Source of the DNA: an uncultured Bacillota bacterium | GTDB lineage: Bacteria; Bacillota; DTU025; MWDF01 | Length of the DNA: 64,000 nt | Assembly: GCA_963823655.1 (NCBI GenBank) | Contig: CAWGMK010000013.1 | Location: forward strand, 1-64,000 | Reading direction: 5' to 3' | Shown: positions 29,708 through 39,647 of the stretch, one piece after another | Layout of the letters: each line of letters opens with the position of its first letter | Numbering within the stretch: position 1 is the first letter of the stretch | Program-made: the position numbers and the translations under genes | The notes under the pieces: model-generated | What the model was told of the DNA's origin: nothing | Databases searched by the model: none | What the model saw: only the letters and a program-made list of their open reading frames with translations

Positions 29708-30904
29708 ATGAAGCTTGCAAAGAGATTGCAGAGGCTGGGCACGGAGAACGCATTTACAGTTCTTGCTAAGGTTAACAAGCTAAAAGCAGAGGGCCATGAC
29801 ATAATTTCCTTCAGCATCGGGGAGCCGGATTTCGATACGCCGCGCAATATTATCGACAAGTGCCATGAAGCGCTCGATAAGGGCATGACCCACTACACCG
29901 CATCCCAGGGCCTTTTGGACTTCAGGAAGGCCGTTGCGGAATATGTCTCCAAGACCAGGGGAATCAGCGTCGTACCTGAAGAAGTAGTAGCGGTCCCGGG
30001 CGGCAAGCCGATAATCTTCCATTCGCTCCTGGCATGCGTTGATGAGGGCGATGAAGTGCTCTACCCGAACCCCGGATATCCGATCTATGAATCCGTAATC
30101 AACTTCGTCGGAGCCAAGGGAATACCGGTCCCGATAGTCGAGGATCGGGACTTCTCCATCGACGTGGACGGCCTTGAAAAGCTGATCACGCCCAAGACTA
30201 CATTCATGATCATCAACAGCCCCCATAACCCGACGGGCGGCTCGATACCCAAGAAGGACCTGGAGAAGATCGCAGAGCTTTGCGTAAAGTACGATATCAC
30301 CGTCCTTTCGGACGAAATCTACTCAAGGCTCATCTTCAAAGGTGAACACACCAGCATTGCATCGCTGCCCGGTATGAAGGAGAGGACGATAATCCTGGAC
30401 GGCATGTCCAAGACCTATGCTATGACCGGCTGGAGGCTGGGCTATGGTGTAATGCCTGCCAAGATAGCAGAAGCTGTGACTCAGCTAGTGACCAACGACG
30501 AGTCATGCACCGCGACCTTCACCCAGGTGGCCGGCATAGAGGCCCTTCTTGGCTCACAAGCAGGAGCTGATGACATGAAGGCCGTTTTCGCGAAGCGCAG
30601 AGAGGTTATCGTAGAGGAACTAAGGAAGGTGCCGGGGTTCAAGTGCCACATGCCCAACGGCGCATTCTATGTGTTCCCTAATGTTACCGAGGCTTGCCGC
30701 TTGATAGGGTGCAAGGACTCGAAGGAACTTGTGGACAAGCTCCTATTCGAAGCCGGCGTCTCCGTGCTCCCGAGGACATCTTTCGGAGTGAAGAACATCG
30801 GGGAGAAAGAGGAGTACATCCGTCTCTCCTACGCCACATCGACTGAGAACATAGTAAAGGGCGTCGGGCGTATAAGAGAGTACATAAAGTCGCAGATAAA
30901 GTAG
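29708..30904 (+). CDS. Class I PLP-dependent (aspartate-type) aminotransferase
   Basis: GEPDFDTP, NSPHNPTG, SDEIY, SKTYAMTGWRLGY, GAFYVFP, IRLSYA. Confidence 0.93.
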   Translation: MKLAKRLQRLGTENAFTVLAKVNKLKAEGHDIISFSIGEPDFDTPRNIIDKCHEALDKGMTHYTASQGLLDFRKAVAEYVSKTRGISVVPEEVVAVPGGKPIIFHSLLACVDEGDEVLYPNPGYPIYESVINFVGAKGIPVPIVEDRDFSIDVDGLEKLITPKTTFMIINSPHNPTGGSIPKKDLEKIAELCVKYDITVLSDEIYSRLIFKGEHTSIASLPGMKERTIILDGMSKTYAMTGWRLGYGVMPAKIAEAVTQLVTNDESCTATFTQVAGIEALLGSQAGADDMKAVFAKRREVIVEELRKVPGFKCHMPNGAFYVFPNVTEACRLIGCKDSKELVDKLLFEAGVSVLPRTSFGVKNIGEKEEYIRLSYATSTENIVKGVGRIREYIKSQIK

Positions 30905-30917
30905 GATATCAGAGCCT

Positions 30918-30946
30918 GCCGCCCTCTTAATTGGGGGCGGCTTTTT
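30918..30946 (+). terminator. Intrinsic terminator
   Basis: GCCGCCCTC/GGGGGCGGC stem followed by TTTTT. Confidence 0.75.
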
Positions 30947-31021
30947 ATCTTTGTGCACTTAGAAGCCCCAACCGGAATATGGTATAATTTTATATTATTC
31001 CCGTAACTACGAGGTATATCG

Positions 31022-32419
31022 ATGGCGAAGAAGTATATCAGGGACTTTACCGAGGGCAGCATCGCAGCCCATCTGCTGGCATTCGCAGCACCTATGCTTT
31101 TCGGAAACATTTTCCAGGCGTTGTACAGCACAGTCGACAGCTTCTGGGTGGGGAGGTTCCTGGGATCTGAGGCTCTTGCCGCAGTATCTGTGGGCTTTCC
31201 GATAATCTTCGCCCTTACATCGCTTGCAATTGGACTGACGATTGCGACGACCACGCTCGTTTCCCAAAGCTTCGGCGCCAGGAATTACTCCGAAATCGCG
31301 CATATCTCTGCGAACACAATAACTATATTGAGCCTTCTGGGAATTGCCCTGGCTCTGCTTGGCTTTCTGTTCAGGGGGCAGCTGATAGACCTGATAGGTA
31401 CCCCCGATAACATCAGGGCGATGGCGGTCTCTTACCTTGGAGTCTGTTGCCTGGGATTTCCTGTTGTCTATATCTACAATGTCGGAGGTGCGATACTAAG
31501 GGGAATGGGAGATTCCAGAACCCCGCTGACAGCCCTTATCGTCGCGACCGTTGCGAACATAATCCTGGATCCACTCATGATATTCGGATACGGGCCATTC
31601 CCCAAAATGGGCGTCTCAGGTGCGGCGCTGGCTACGATAATCGCTCAGACCATCGCGTCTGTTGTTGTCATGTTTGGAGTTTTCAGGACGATTTCCTTCA
31701 AGAGGAGAATCGTTGATTTCTTCAAACTCGACAGGAGGATAACGCTCCTGACTTTCAAAATTGGCCTGCCGTCTGCCATACAACAGTCTTTCGTGTCGTT
31801 TGGCGCGATGGCCGTGGTTTCAATTGTGAACAGGTACGGCTTTATCCAGGCGGCGGCGCTTGGAGTGGGTAACAGGCTGGATCAGTTCACCCTGATGCCT
31901 GCTATGAGCATAAGCACGGCTGTAAGCGCTTTGGTCGGGCAGAATTTGGGGGCCAACAAGATAGAAAGGGTGAAGGAGACGGTCGTTACAGCAGGCAAGA
32001 TGGCCTTCGTCATCGCCTTTTTCACCTTTGCGATAATGCAGATTTTCCCCAGGCAGGTTTTCTCGTTTTTCAACAGGGACCCTGAGCTTCTGGACGCAGG
32101 CGTAACGTACATGAGGTATGTCTCCTTGGTATATCTGCCATTGTCGCTGCACTTCGTCCTGCAGGGGGTATTAAGAGGCGCGGGGGATACGATACCCGCG
32201 ATGCTCATAACGCTAGGAGCCCTTTGGCTCATCAGAGTGCCTGCCGCAATATTGCTATCAGGTGTCGCGGGCATGGGCGTTTCGGGGGTTTGGCTGGCGT
32301 TTCCGATCAGCAGCTTCTTCACTTTGATTACGAACTATATATACTACAAATATGGAAAATGGTCGAAAAGGCGGCTGGTTGGCCAACCGGTCTCCGCAGC
32401 CGGACTAGAAGAGCTTTAG
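31022..32419 (+). CDS. MATE-family efflux transporter
   Basis: T.G.I...L..FA.P, VD..WVG..LG..ALAA, LRG.GDS.TP, GV.GAA.AT, GQN.GA; about 12 TM helices. TGGTATAAT extended -10 box upstream. Confidence 0.92.
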   Translation: MAKKYIRDFTEGSIAAHLLAFAAPMLFGNIFQALYSTVDSFWVGRFLGSEALAAVSVGFPIIFALTSLAIGLTIATTTLVSQSFGARNYSEIAHISANTITILSLLGIALALLGFLFRGQLIDLIGTPDNIRAMAVSYLGVCCLGFPVVYIYNVGGAILRGMGDSRTPLTALIVATVANIILDPLMIFGYGPFPKMGVSGAALATIIAQTIASVVVMFGVFRTISFKRRIVDFFKLDRRITLLTFKIGLPSAIQQSFVSFGAMAVVSIVNRYGFIQAAALGVGNRLDQFTLMPAMSISTAVSALVGQNLGANKIERVKETVVTAGKMAFVIAFFTFAIMQIFPRQVFSFFNRDPELLDAGVTYMRYVSLVYLPLSLHFVLQGVLRGAGDTIPAMLITLGALWLIRVPAAILLSGVAGMGVSGVWLAFPISSFFTLITNYIYYKYGKWSKRRLVGQPVSAAGLEEL

Positions 32420-32431
32420 GAGGGATTTGCC

Positions 32432-34241
32432 GTGAGCAAAGAGCCAAAGCGCGTACCTACGAGGGATGAAGTACCAACTTCTATGAAATGGAGGCTTGAA
32501 GACCTCTATGCCACCGATGAAGCCTGCGAAAAAGACATGGAGCTGGCAAAGGAGCTGGCAGGAAAGCTGGCAGGCTTCGCCGGCAAAGTAGGCGAATCTG
32601 CTCAAACCCTGAAAGGGTGCATTGAAACAGCGCTGGAGCTGGGAGACATCGTGGAGGCGTGTTTCATCTACTCTAAGATGAGGCAGGACGAAGACACTTC
32701 AGTGGCGAAATACCAGGACCTTCAGGGAAGGGCTTCTGCTCTCGCCGTCCATGTAAGGAGCATCAGCGCCTTCTTCGAACCTGAAGTATTGGCAATCCCG
32801 AAGGACGTGCTAGCCGGCTATCTTAAGCAGGAACCGGGGCTCGATATGTACAAGCACATGCTCGATGACATAATCCGGAAGAGGGAGCATACTCTCAACT
32901 CCGCAGAGGAGAAGATTGTAGCCCTGGCTTCCGATGTCGGCCGCGGGGCAAGCAATGTCTATACTATGCTCAACAACGCCGATATAAGATTCCCGGAGAT
33001 AGAAGACGAGGATGGCAACAAGGTAGAGCTCACAAAGGGCCGCTATAGCACTTTCATGGAGAGCCGCAACCGCAAAGTCAGGGAGAGCGCTTTCAATGCC
33101 ATGTACGATTCTTACGGTGCTCTAATCAACACAATCGGGGCCAATTTGGACTCCGAGGTGAAGAAGAACATATTCAACTCCAAGGTGAGAGGCTACGAGA
33201 ATGCCCTCTCCTCCTCGCTGGACAGGAACAACATCCCGGTAAAAGTATATGAGAACAACATCGCCGCGGTAAGAAGCAGGCTGGACCTGCTGCAGCGCTA
33301 CATGGGGCTAAGAAAGCGCCTGCTGGGGCTCGATGAGCTTCATATGTGGGACCTGTACGTTCCCATGATTCCCTCGGTAGATATGAAAGTAACCTACGAC
33401 GAGGCGGTAGCGATTGTCAAAGAAGCAGTCAAGCCTCTGGGGGATGAGTACTCCGAAGTGCTGGCAAACGCCCTTGACAGCAGGTGGGTTGATGTAGTCG
33501 AGAACAAAGGCAAGCGTTCGGGGGCCTATTCCTGGGGAAGCAGGAAGGCCCATCCGTATGTGCTCCTTAACTGGCAGGATAATATAAACAACCTATTCAC
33601 GCTCGCCCATGAGATGGGCCATGCCATGCATTCCTGGTACACATGGAAGACCCAGCCTGTGGCATATGCCGACTACCCCATATTCCTAGCCGAGGTAGCC
33701 TCCACATTTCAACGAGGCGCTTCTAAACAGCCATCTTCTTGGCAAGATAACCGGCAAACAGGAGAGAATGTACCTGTTGAACCATTACCTGGAGGAGTTC
33801 AGGGGGACCGTATTCCGCCAGACCATGTTCTCCGAGTTCGAGAAGAAGGTCCATGACGTAGTCGAGCGTGGCGGGGCGCTTACCGCAAGCTCCTTGTCCG
33901 AGATCTACTCTTCCATAAACAAGGATTACTTCGAGCCCGCGGTGAAGATAGACGCCAAGATCGCCATGGAGTGGGCGCGGATACCGCATTTCTACATGAA
34001 CTTCTATGTATTCCAGTACAGCACTGGCTTCTGTTCGGCAGTATCGCTTGCTAAAAGGGTAATGGCGCAAGAGGCCGGTTCGCGCGAAAAGTACTTGAAG
34101 TTCCTTTCCTCCGGCTCCTCGGATTACGCCATCAACCTTCTGAAGGAAGCCGGCGTGGACATGACGACACAGCAGCCCATACTCGATGCCCTCGACGTAT
34201 TCGAAGGATTGCTGGACGAGATGGAGGCAATGCTTAAGTAA
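32432..34241 (+). CDS. pepF: Oligoendopeptidase F (M3B), frameshift near 33709
   Basis: W.L.DLY, GKRSGAYS.G, TLAHEMGH..HS, AEVAST, then FRQTMF.EFE and WARIPHFY in the next frame. Confidence 0.93.
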
Positions 34242-34301
34242 AGGCCTTCGAAGCGGCATCAGGCATTGGGATGGAGTAACGACATTGCGGGGTGACTTGT
34301 A

Positions 34302-35279
34302 ATGCCGGCGAACCTAACGCCACAGTATCAGGCAGCAGAGGATGCATTCAAGGCGGCCGAGACCCATGAGGAGAAGCTGGCCGCCCTAGAAGAGATGCTG
34401 AAATCCATACCCAAGCACAAGGGTACGGAGAAGATGCAAGCCGAGCTCAAGAAGCGGATCTCCAAGATGAAGACGGAGACCGCCCACGAGGAAGGCAAGA
34501 AAACGGGGAAGGTGGACCCTTACAGGGTCGTCCGCGAAGGCGCGGCGCAAGCTTTCGTAGTGGGCCCGGTTAACTCTGGAAAATCGTCCATAGTGGGCTG
34601 GCTGACGAATGCGAAGGTGACGGTGGCAGAGTACCCGTTCTCAACTGTTGTGCCTATATCGGGCATGATGCTTTTTGAGGATATCAAGTTGGAGCTGGTG
34701 GATACGCCTGCTATCATCCCTGACGATCCTGTGCCGGCGCTGTTTTCGAATGCCAGGCTTGCGGATGTACTGATTGTCGTACTGGATTCCTCAAGCGAAG
34801 ATCCGCTGGGGGATTTGAGCGCAATAGTGGATTTGCTGACAGATAGGAAAGTATTAGTCGAAAGCAGGGACGCGTCACATGCCGGGATTACCCCGGACAG
34901 GATGCTTATTGCGTGCAATAAGGCAGACATACAGGGCGATGAGGAGAATATTGGCATCCTGAAGGAGCTTTACCCCGCTTTCACATTCCTCAGGTGTTCC
35001 GCGTTAACCGGGGAAGGGCTATCCGAGCTTCCGAGGATTGTATTCGAAAAAGCGGGAATTATCAGGGTGTATGCAAAGCCGCCCGGCGGGAAGCTGGAGA
35101 GGAAGGACCCATACGTTGTCAAGAAGGGCTCCTGTGTCGAAGATGTCGCAGAGGCAATCCATAAGGAGCTTAAAGGCAGGTTCAAGAGCGCCAGGCTCTG
35201 GGGTTCATCTAAGTTTTCGGGCATGTCTGTGCACAGGGATTTCATAGTATCGGACGGGGACATCATTGAGTTCGACTGA
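34302..35279 (+). CDS. DRG/RBG1-like Obg-superfamily GTPase with C-terminal TGS domain
   Basis: MPANL.P.Y N-terminus, PKHKGTE, G1 GPVNSGKSS, G2 YPFST, G3 DTPA, G4 NKAD, G5 SAL, TGS domain (IRVY.K.PG ... IH ... DGDIIE). Confidence 0.85.
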   Translation: MPANLTPQYQAAEDAFKAAETHEEKLAALEEMLKSIPKHKGTEKMQAELKKRISKMKTETAHEEGKKTGKVDPYRVVREGAAQAFVVGPVNSGKSSIVGWLTNAKVTVAEYPFSTVVPISGMMLFEDIKLELVDTPAIIPDDPVPALFSNARLADVLIVVLDSSSEDPLGDLSAIVDLLTDRKVLVESRDASHAGITPDRMLIACNKADIQGDEENIGILKELYPAFTFLRCSALTGEGLSELPRIVFEKAGIIRVYAKPPGGKLERKDPYVVKKGSCVEDVAEAIHKELKGRFKSARLWGSSKFSGMSVHRDFIVSDGDIIEFD

Positions 35280-35334
35280 TAGCAGCGTCATAATCATATG
35301 ACATAGGGAATGGACAAAAGGGAGGGCGTTTCAT

Positions 35335-36579
35335 TTGGAATTGGCGAATCTGTTAAAAGAGGGAATAGAGGAGAAATTCATCAGGTATTGCAAGATAGAT
35401 ACCACGAGCATCGTCGGCAGCGATAAGAACCCGAGCAGCGAAGGACAGTGGGAGTTGGCGAAGATGCTGTCCGACGAGCTCGTTATGCTGGGTGTAGAGG
35501 GCGTAGAGACCACCGACAAATGCTTCGTTCTCGGACATATTCCTTCAAATGTGTCAGGAAGTCCGCCCGCTGTAGGTTTCCTTGCTCATATGGATACGGT
35601 CGAAGGCGTGCCTGGGGCAAATATCAAGCCCGTAATACACAAGAAATGGGACGGCAAGCCGATTAGGCTGGCCGATGGGATTGAACTTGGCCTGCACACT
35701 AGCCCCGAGCTTGAAAAGGCCGTCGGCAAGGACTTGATAACATCCGACGGTACAACTCTGCTGGGTACGGACGATAAAGCCGGCATCGCCCAGATAATGC
35801 ATGCACTATGCATGATGAAAAAGGATCCTTCGATTAAGCACGGCGAAGTGTGGGTTGCTTTCACCCCTGACGAAGAGGGGGCAAACGGAATTGAGCACTT
35901 CCCGGTTTCGAAATTCGGAGCGAAGAGGGCATATACGATCGACGGCGGGATGCTGGGCGATTTCCAGGATGAGACATTCACGGCGATCAACGGAAAGCTG
36001 ACGGTGTTTGGCGTGTCCAACCACCCGGGCACGGCCCGTGGACGGATGACCAATGCGATACATGTACTATCAGAGATAATCAGCCTGATCCCCTCGGGGG
36101 AAAGGCCGGAGACGACATCCGACAGGGAGGGTTTCATCCACCCGACAGAGATTGCGGGAAGCGTTGAAGAGGCCCACGCCGATCTGATAATCAGGGATTT
36201 CGAGATGGATAAGGTGAAGAACCGGGAGAAAACCTTTGTCGATGCGGCCAGGGCGATAGCTGCAATGTACAAGGGCACAAGGCTTGAGTGGCAGAGCAAG
36301 ATAGGCTACAAGAACATGAGGGATGTTATTGATTCCGAGCCTCGCATATCGGATCTTGCCAGGAAGGCGATCAAGATGGAGGGGCTGGAATTGGACGAGA
36401 AGCCCATACGCGGCGGCACTGATGGTTCCAGGTTGAGCTACATGGGAATACTTACGCCCAACCTCTTCACCGGAGGCGGCGATTCCCACAGCAGGAACGA
36501 GTGGGCTTGTATCCAGTGGATGGAAAGCGGCAGCAAGGTGCTAATCAGGCTCATGGAGCTGTGGTCAAAGGAGAAATGA
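35335..36579 (+). CDS. pepT: Peptidase T (M20B tripeptidase)
   Basis: F.RY.KIDT.S, GFLAHMDT, DGTTLLG.DDKAG, FTPDEE, HPG.A, IRGGTDG..LS..G..TPN.FTGG. Confidence 0.92.
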   Translation: MELANLLKEGIEEKFIRYCKIDTTSIVGSDKNPSSEGQWELAKMLSDELVMLGVEGVETTDKCFVLGHIPSNVSGSPPAVGFLAHMDTVEGVPGANIKPVIHKKWDGKPIRLADGIELGLHTSPELEKAVGKDLITSDGTTLLGTDDKAGIAQIMHALCMMKKDPSIKHGEVWVAFTPDEEGANGIEHFPVSKFGAKRAYTIDGGMLGDFQDETFTAINGKLTVFGVSNHPGTARGRMTNAIHVLSEIISLIPSGERPETTSDREGFIHPTEIAGSVEEAHADLIIRDFEMDKVKNREKTFVDAARAIAAMYKGTRLEWQSKIGYKNMRDVIDSEPRISDLARKAIKMEGLELDEKPIRGGTDGSRLSYMGILTPNLFTGGGDSHSRNEWACIQWMESGSKVLIRLMELWSKEK

Positions 36580-37487
36580 CATTGGAGCCCTACGGGGAAG
36601 AGTACAAGGAATGTAAGATCTGTCCCAGGGAATGTGGGGTCGACAGGACTGTCGGCCCTTCTGGATTCTGCAACTGCGGCTCCGTTCCCCATATCGCCCA
36701 TTTCGGCCCTCATAACTGGGAGGAACCCCCGATTAGCGGCTGGCTCGGTTCAGGCACGATATTCTTCTCAGGGTGCAACCTGGGTTGCTCATTCTGCCAG
36801 AACAAGGAGATTTCCAGATATGAAAGAGGAATTATGCTCGACTCAGAGGGCATTGCTGACATAATGCTCAAACTGGGCGGGGAATGCCACAACATCAACC
36901 TGGTGACGGCGGCCCACCATGTGCCTGCAGTGGCGAAGGCATTGGAGTCTGCACGCAGCAGGGGCTTGAAAGTGCCAGTTGTGTATAATACCGGCTCCTA
37001 CGAGAAAGCCTCGGCGATCAGGCGCCTGGAAGGCCTGGTGGACATCTACCTGCCCGATCTTAAATACGCATCCCGAAGGCTGGGAAGCGCATTATCAAAT
37101 GCTCCGGACTACTTCGAAGTAGCAACCGAGGCAATCATAGAGATGCACAGGCAAGTGGGTCACTTGATGCTTGACGACGACGGCATTGCGGTAAAAGGGA
37201 TGCTTATCAGGCATCTGATTATGCCCGGCGAGACCGAGGACTCCTTCTTGGCTCTCGAATGGATAAGAAAGAACATCGGCAAATACGCAAACATCAGCAT
37301 AATGTCGCAGTATACACCGGACTTCCTGGATGATCAGGGTTCGGCTTATGCAAGACTGATAAGCGATGCCGAATATTCGGCAGTTATAGGCAAAGCACTT
37401 GATCTGGGTTTGGAGAACATCTTCACCCAGGAGCTTACTTCCGCCAAGGCTTCCTACGTCCCTCATTTCAATCAACTAGACCGTTAA
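36576..37487 (+). CDS. Radical SAM protein, PflX-like
   Basis: C.ICPR.C..DR, H.WEEP.ISG..GSGTIFFSGCNLGCSFCQN (CxxxCxxC), VDIYLPD.KY, RHL.MP; ATGA overlap with pepT. Confidence 0.9.
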   Translation: MTLEPYGEEYKECKICPRECGVDRTVGPSGFCNCGSVPHIAHFGPHNWEEPPISGWLGSGTIFFSGCNLGCSFCQNKEISRYERGIMLDSEGIADIMLKLGGECHNINLVTAAHHVPAVAKALESARSRGLKVPVVYNTGSYEKASAIRRLEGLVDIYLPDLKYASRRLGSALSNAPDYFEVATEAIIEMHRQVGHLMLDDDGIAVKGMLIRHLIMPGETEDSFLALEWIRKNIGKYANISIMSQYTPDFLDDQGSAYARLISDAEYSAVIGKALDLGLENIFTQELTSAKASYVPHFNQLDR

Positions 37488-37574
37488 TCATCCTTCAGTC
37501 AACGACTTCTCACCGGCAATAGCGATACACCCGGATCATCCAACGCGCCATAATTTTGGCGGGGGTGATACCTG

Positions 37575-38225
37575 TTGTCTTTCATCAGTTTGGAAGCTGT
37601 CAGTTTTTACCACAGGGATGCCTTGGGCAGGAGGTTAAGCCAAGGAATCGCAGATATTGACCTTAAGGTGGAAACTGGAAAAGTGATATCTCTAGTAGGG
37701 CCCAACGGAAGCGGAAAATCCACTGTCATAAAGCTATGCATGGGCTTCGCAGAGCCAACCAAAGGGAAAGTAAGCAGGTCGAAGGGCACATTGCTCAGCT
37801 ACATCAGCGACGGGGGCAGAAGCCTTTATCCCAACCTTAACCTCGTGGAGAATATCGAGTACATGCTGGCAATTAGAGGAATCGGCTATTGCAGCGGCAT
37901 TGGAGATGCTGCCAGGAAGATAAGCTCTTACCTCGGCCTTGATGATATCAGGATCCCGGTCTCATCGATGTCCAGGGGGATGCGGCAGAAGGCTTCGATC
38001 GTTTGTTCCATGCTAACGCCCCATGAGTTCCTTTTCGCAGATGAACCTACCCTTGGGCTTGATTTCGCGTCGCAATGCGAATTCGAGACGATCCTCAGAG
38101 AAGAAAAGGAGCGTGGGCGCGGCGTATGCATTGCCACAAACGACATGGCCATGGCCGGCAGGATTTCTGACGAAATCATAGTCATCTCGAAAGGTAGATT
38201 TACAAAGGGGCAATATGGGCGATGA
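37575..38225 (+). CDS. ABC-2-type exporter ATP-binding protein
   Basis: GPNGSGKS, MSRGMRQK, DEPTLGLD; the H-loop reads ATND. Confidence 0.82.
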   Translation: MSFISLEAVSFYHRDALGRRLSQGIADIDLKVETGKVISLVGPNGSGKSTVIKLCMGFAEPTKGKVSRSKGTLLSYISDGGRSLYPNLNLVENIEYMLAIRGIGYCSGIGDAARKISSYLGLDDIRIPVSSMSRGMRQKASIVCSMLTPHEFLFADEPTLGLDFASQCEFETILREEKERGRGVCIATNDMAMAGRISDEIIVISKGRFTKGQYGR

Positions 38226-38956
38226 GCTTAATCTTATTCGAACTTAAATGCATGTTCAGAAGGAGATTCAAGAATCCGCTATCCCTTGTGATGGAGGCTG
38301 CCGTCGCGGGCGGCATGCTTCTTCTAATTGAAAAGGTCATGTCAGGGATGGGCGGGGATTTGATCGCTTCGAAGCAGATAATGTTTATAGCCTCAATATT
38401 GGCCCTTCCCGCGATTTAGGGCCTCCACAGGCTAATTGCCGAAGAAGCCGCCTATGGAACGATAGAGGCCCTTTTTCAGGTTCCTGGGGGCCCGGTTAGG
38501 GCATTTCTCGCGCGAGACTTAAGTTCCATAGTATCGGTCTTGTTAATTATGCCGCTCATAGCCTTTTCGATATCGAGATTCTCCGCCGTTTCGCCCGTTG
38601 TCTATCTGAAGTATGCCATTCCGATCCTTGTAATGAGGTGCGGCCTTGTAGGAATGGGCATAATCCTGGGGGCTGTGACACTTGTATTCAAGAGGACTGC
38701 CGCAGTAATCAACATTTCCAGCATAATAATGGTGGTTACATCGCTTGGAGCAGGTATCGGGGAGGGAATTCTAGGAAGGCTGGCATCAATGTCGCCTCAC
38801 GGGCTTCTTGCCATTCAACTGCAGAAGGGGATGCAACCGGCAGATATGCTGACGGGGCTAATCATCGTATCAGCGGTATGGATTGGCGCGGGAATCGGGG
38901 TATATAATCTTGCAGTAAGGAGGGCCAGGAGATTCGGCCTTCTTATAGGATCTTGA
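38222..38956 (+). CDS. ABC-2-type permease with an in-frame TAG at 38417-38419
   Basis: ORFs 38222-38419 and 38540-38956 are in the same frame. The gap reads open and contains EEAAYGTIEALF, a permease-like motif; the C-terminus is AVRRARRFG.L. Confidence 0.68.
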
Positions 38957-38969
38957 ACAGAGGTGGAGA

Positions 38970-39647
38970 ATGGGAAATTTGCCCAAGCTATTCTGTTTCG
39001 ACATGGACGGCACAATAACAGCCATCGGAAGCTCATGGGAGCATTTAAGCCGGCAATTGAACATTTGGGATGACAAGGCGGAGCACCATCTGACGGCCTT
39101 TATAAAAGGCGAGATCGACTACATGGAGTTTTGCAGGCTGGATGCAATGGTGCTTGCCGGGCTTGAAAGCTCAAAGGTGCGAAACGCAATAGAGAGCATC
39201 GAAATCGATTTGGGCATCATAAGGCTTACGCAGCACTTGAAGGATAAAGGCGTTAAGCTGGCCCTGATCTCATCGGGCCTCAGCATCCTGGCCGATAGGG
39301 TAAGAAGCCTTGCGCATTTCGATTACGTATTCGTCAATGAGCTTGAAGAGCGCGGCGGTTATATGACTGGCGGCGTGAAAGTCAACGTATCGATAGATAA
39401 CCCGAAGATGACGAAGAAAGCCATCGTAAGCATGCTTGCGGCCAAGGAAGGCCTTGATAAGGCGGACATTGCGGCTATCGGCGACAATTGGGGCGATCAC
39501 GGGATGATAGAAGAAGCCGGGATGAAGTTCTTCATGAACCGCACCCCGGAAGAAGCAAAGAAAGCACTATTCGTTTTCCCCGATATCATCATTGTCCAGG
39601 ACATGGATGACGTCTGCAGGCATCTTGCGTGCATTGAAGCCTCTTAA
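38970..39647 (+). CDS. HAD-superfamily phosphatase, SerB-like (subfamily IB)
   Basis: FDMDGT, SW..L, ISSG, K, GD..GD motifs. Confidence 0.82.
   Translation: MGNLPKLFCFDMDGTITAIGSSWEHLSRQLNIWDDKAEHHLTAFIKGEIDYMEFCRLDAMVLAGLESSKVRNAIESIEIDLGIIRLTQHLKDKGVKLALISSGLSILADRVRSLAHFDYVFVNELEERGGYMTGGVKVNVSIDNPKMTKKAIVSMLAAKEGLDKADIAAIGDNWGDHGMIEEAGMKFFMNRTPEEAKKALFVFPDIIIVQDMDDVCRHLACIEAS

Noticed and set aside
36576-38956. Radical SAM plus ABC exporter as a RiPP cluster
   Set aside because: The radical SAM is PflX-like with no SPASM or RRE domain, and no precursor peptide is evident.
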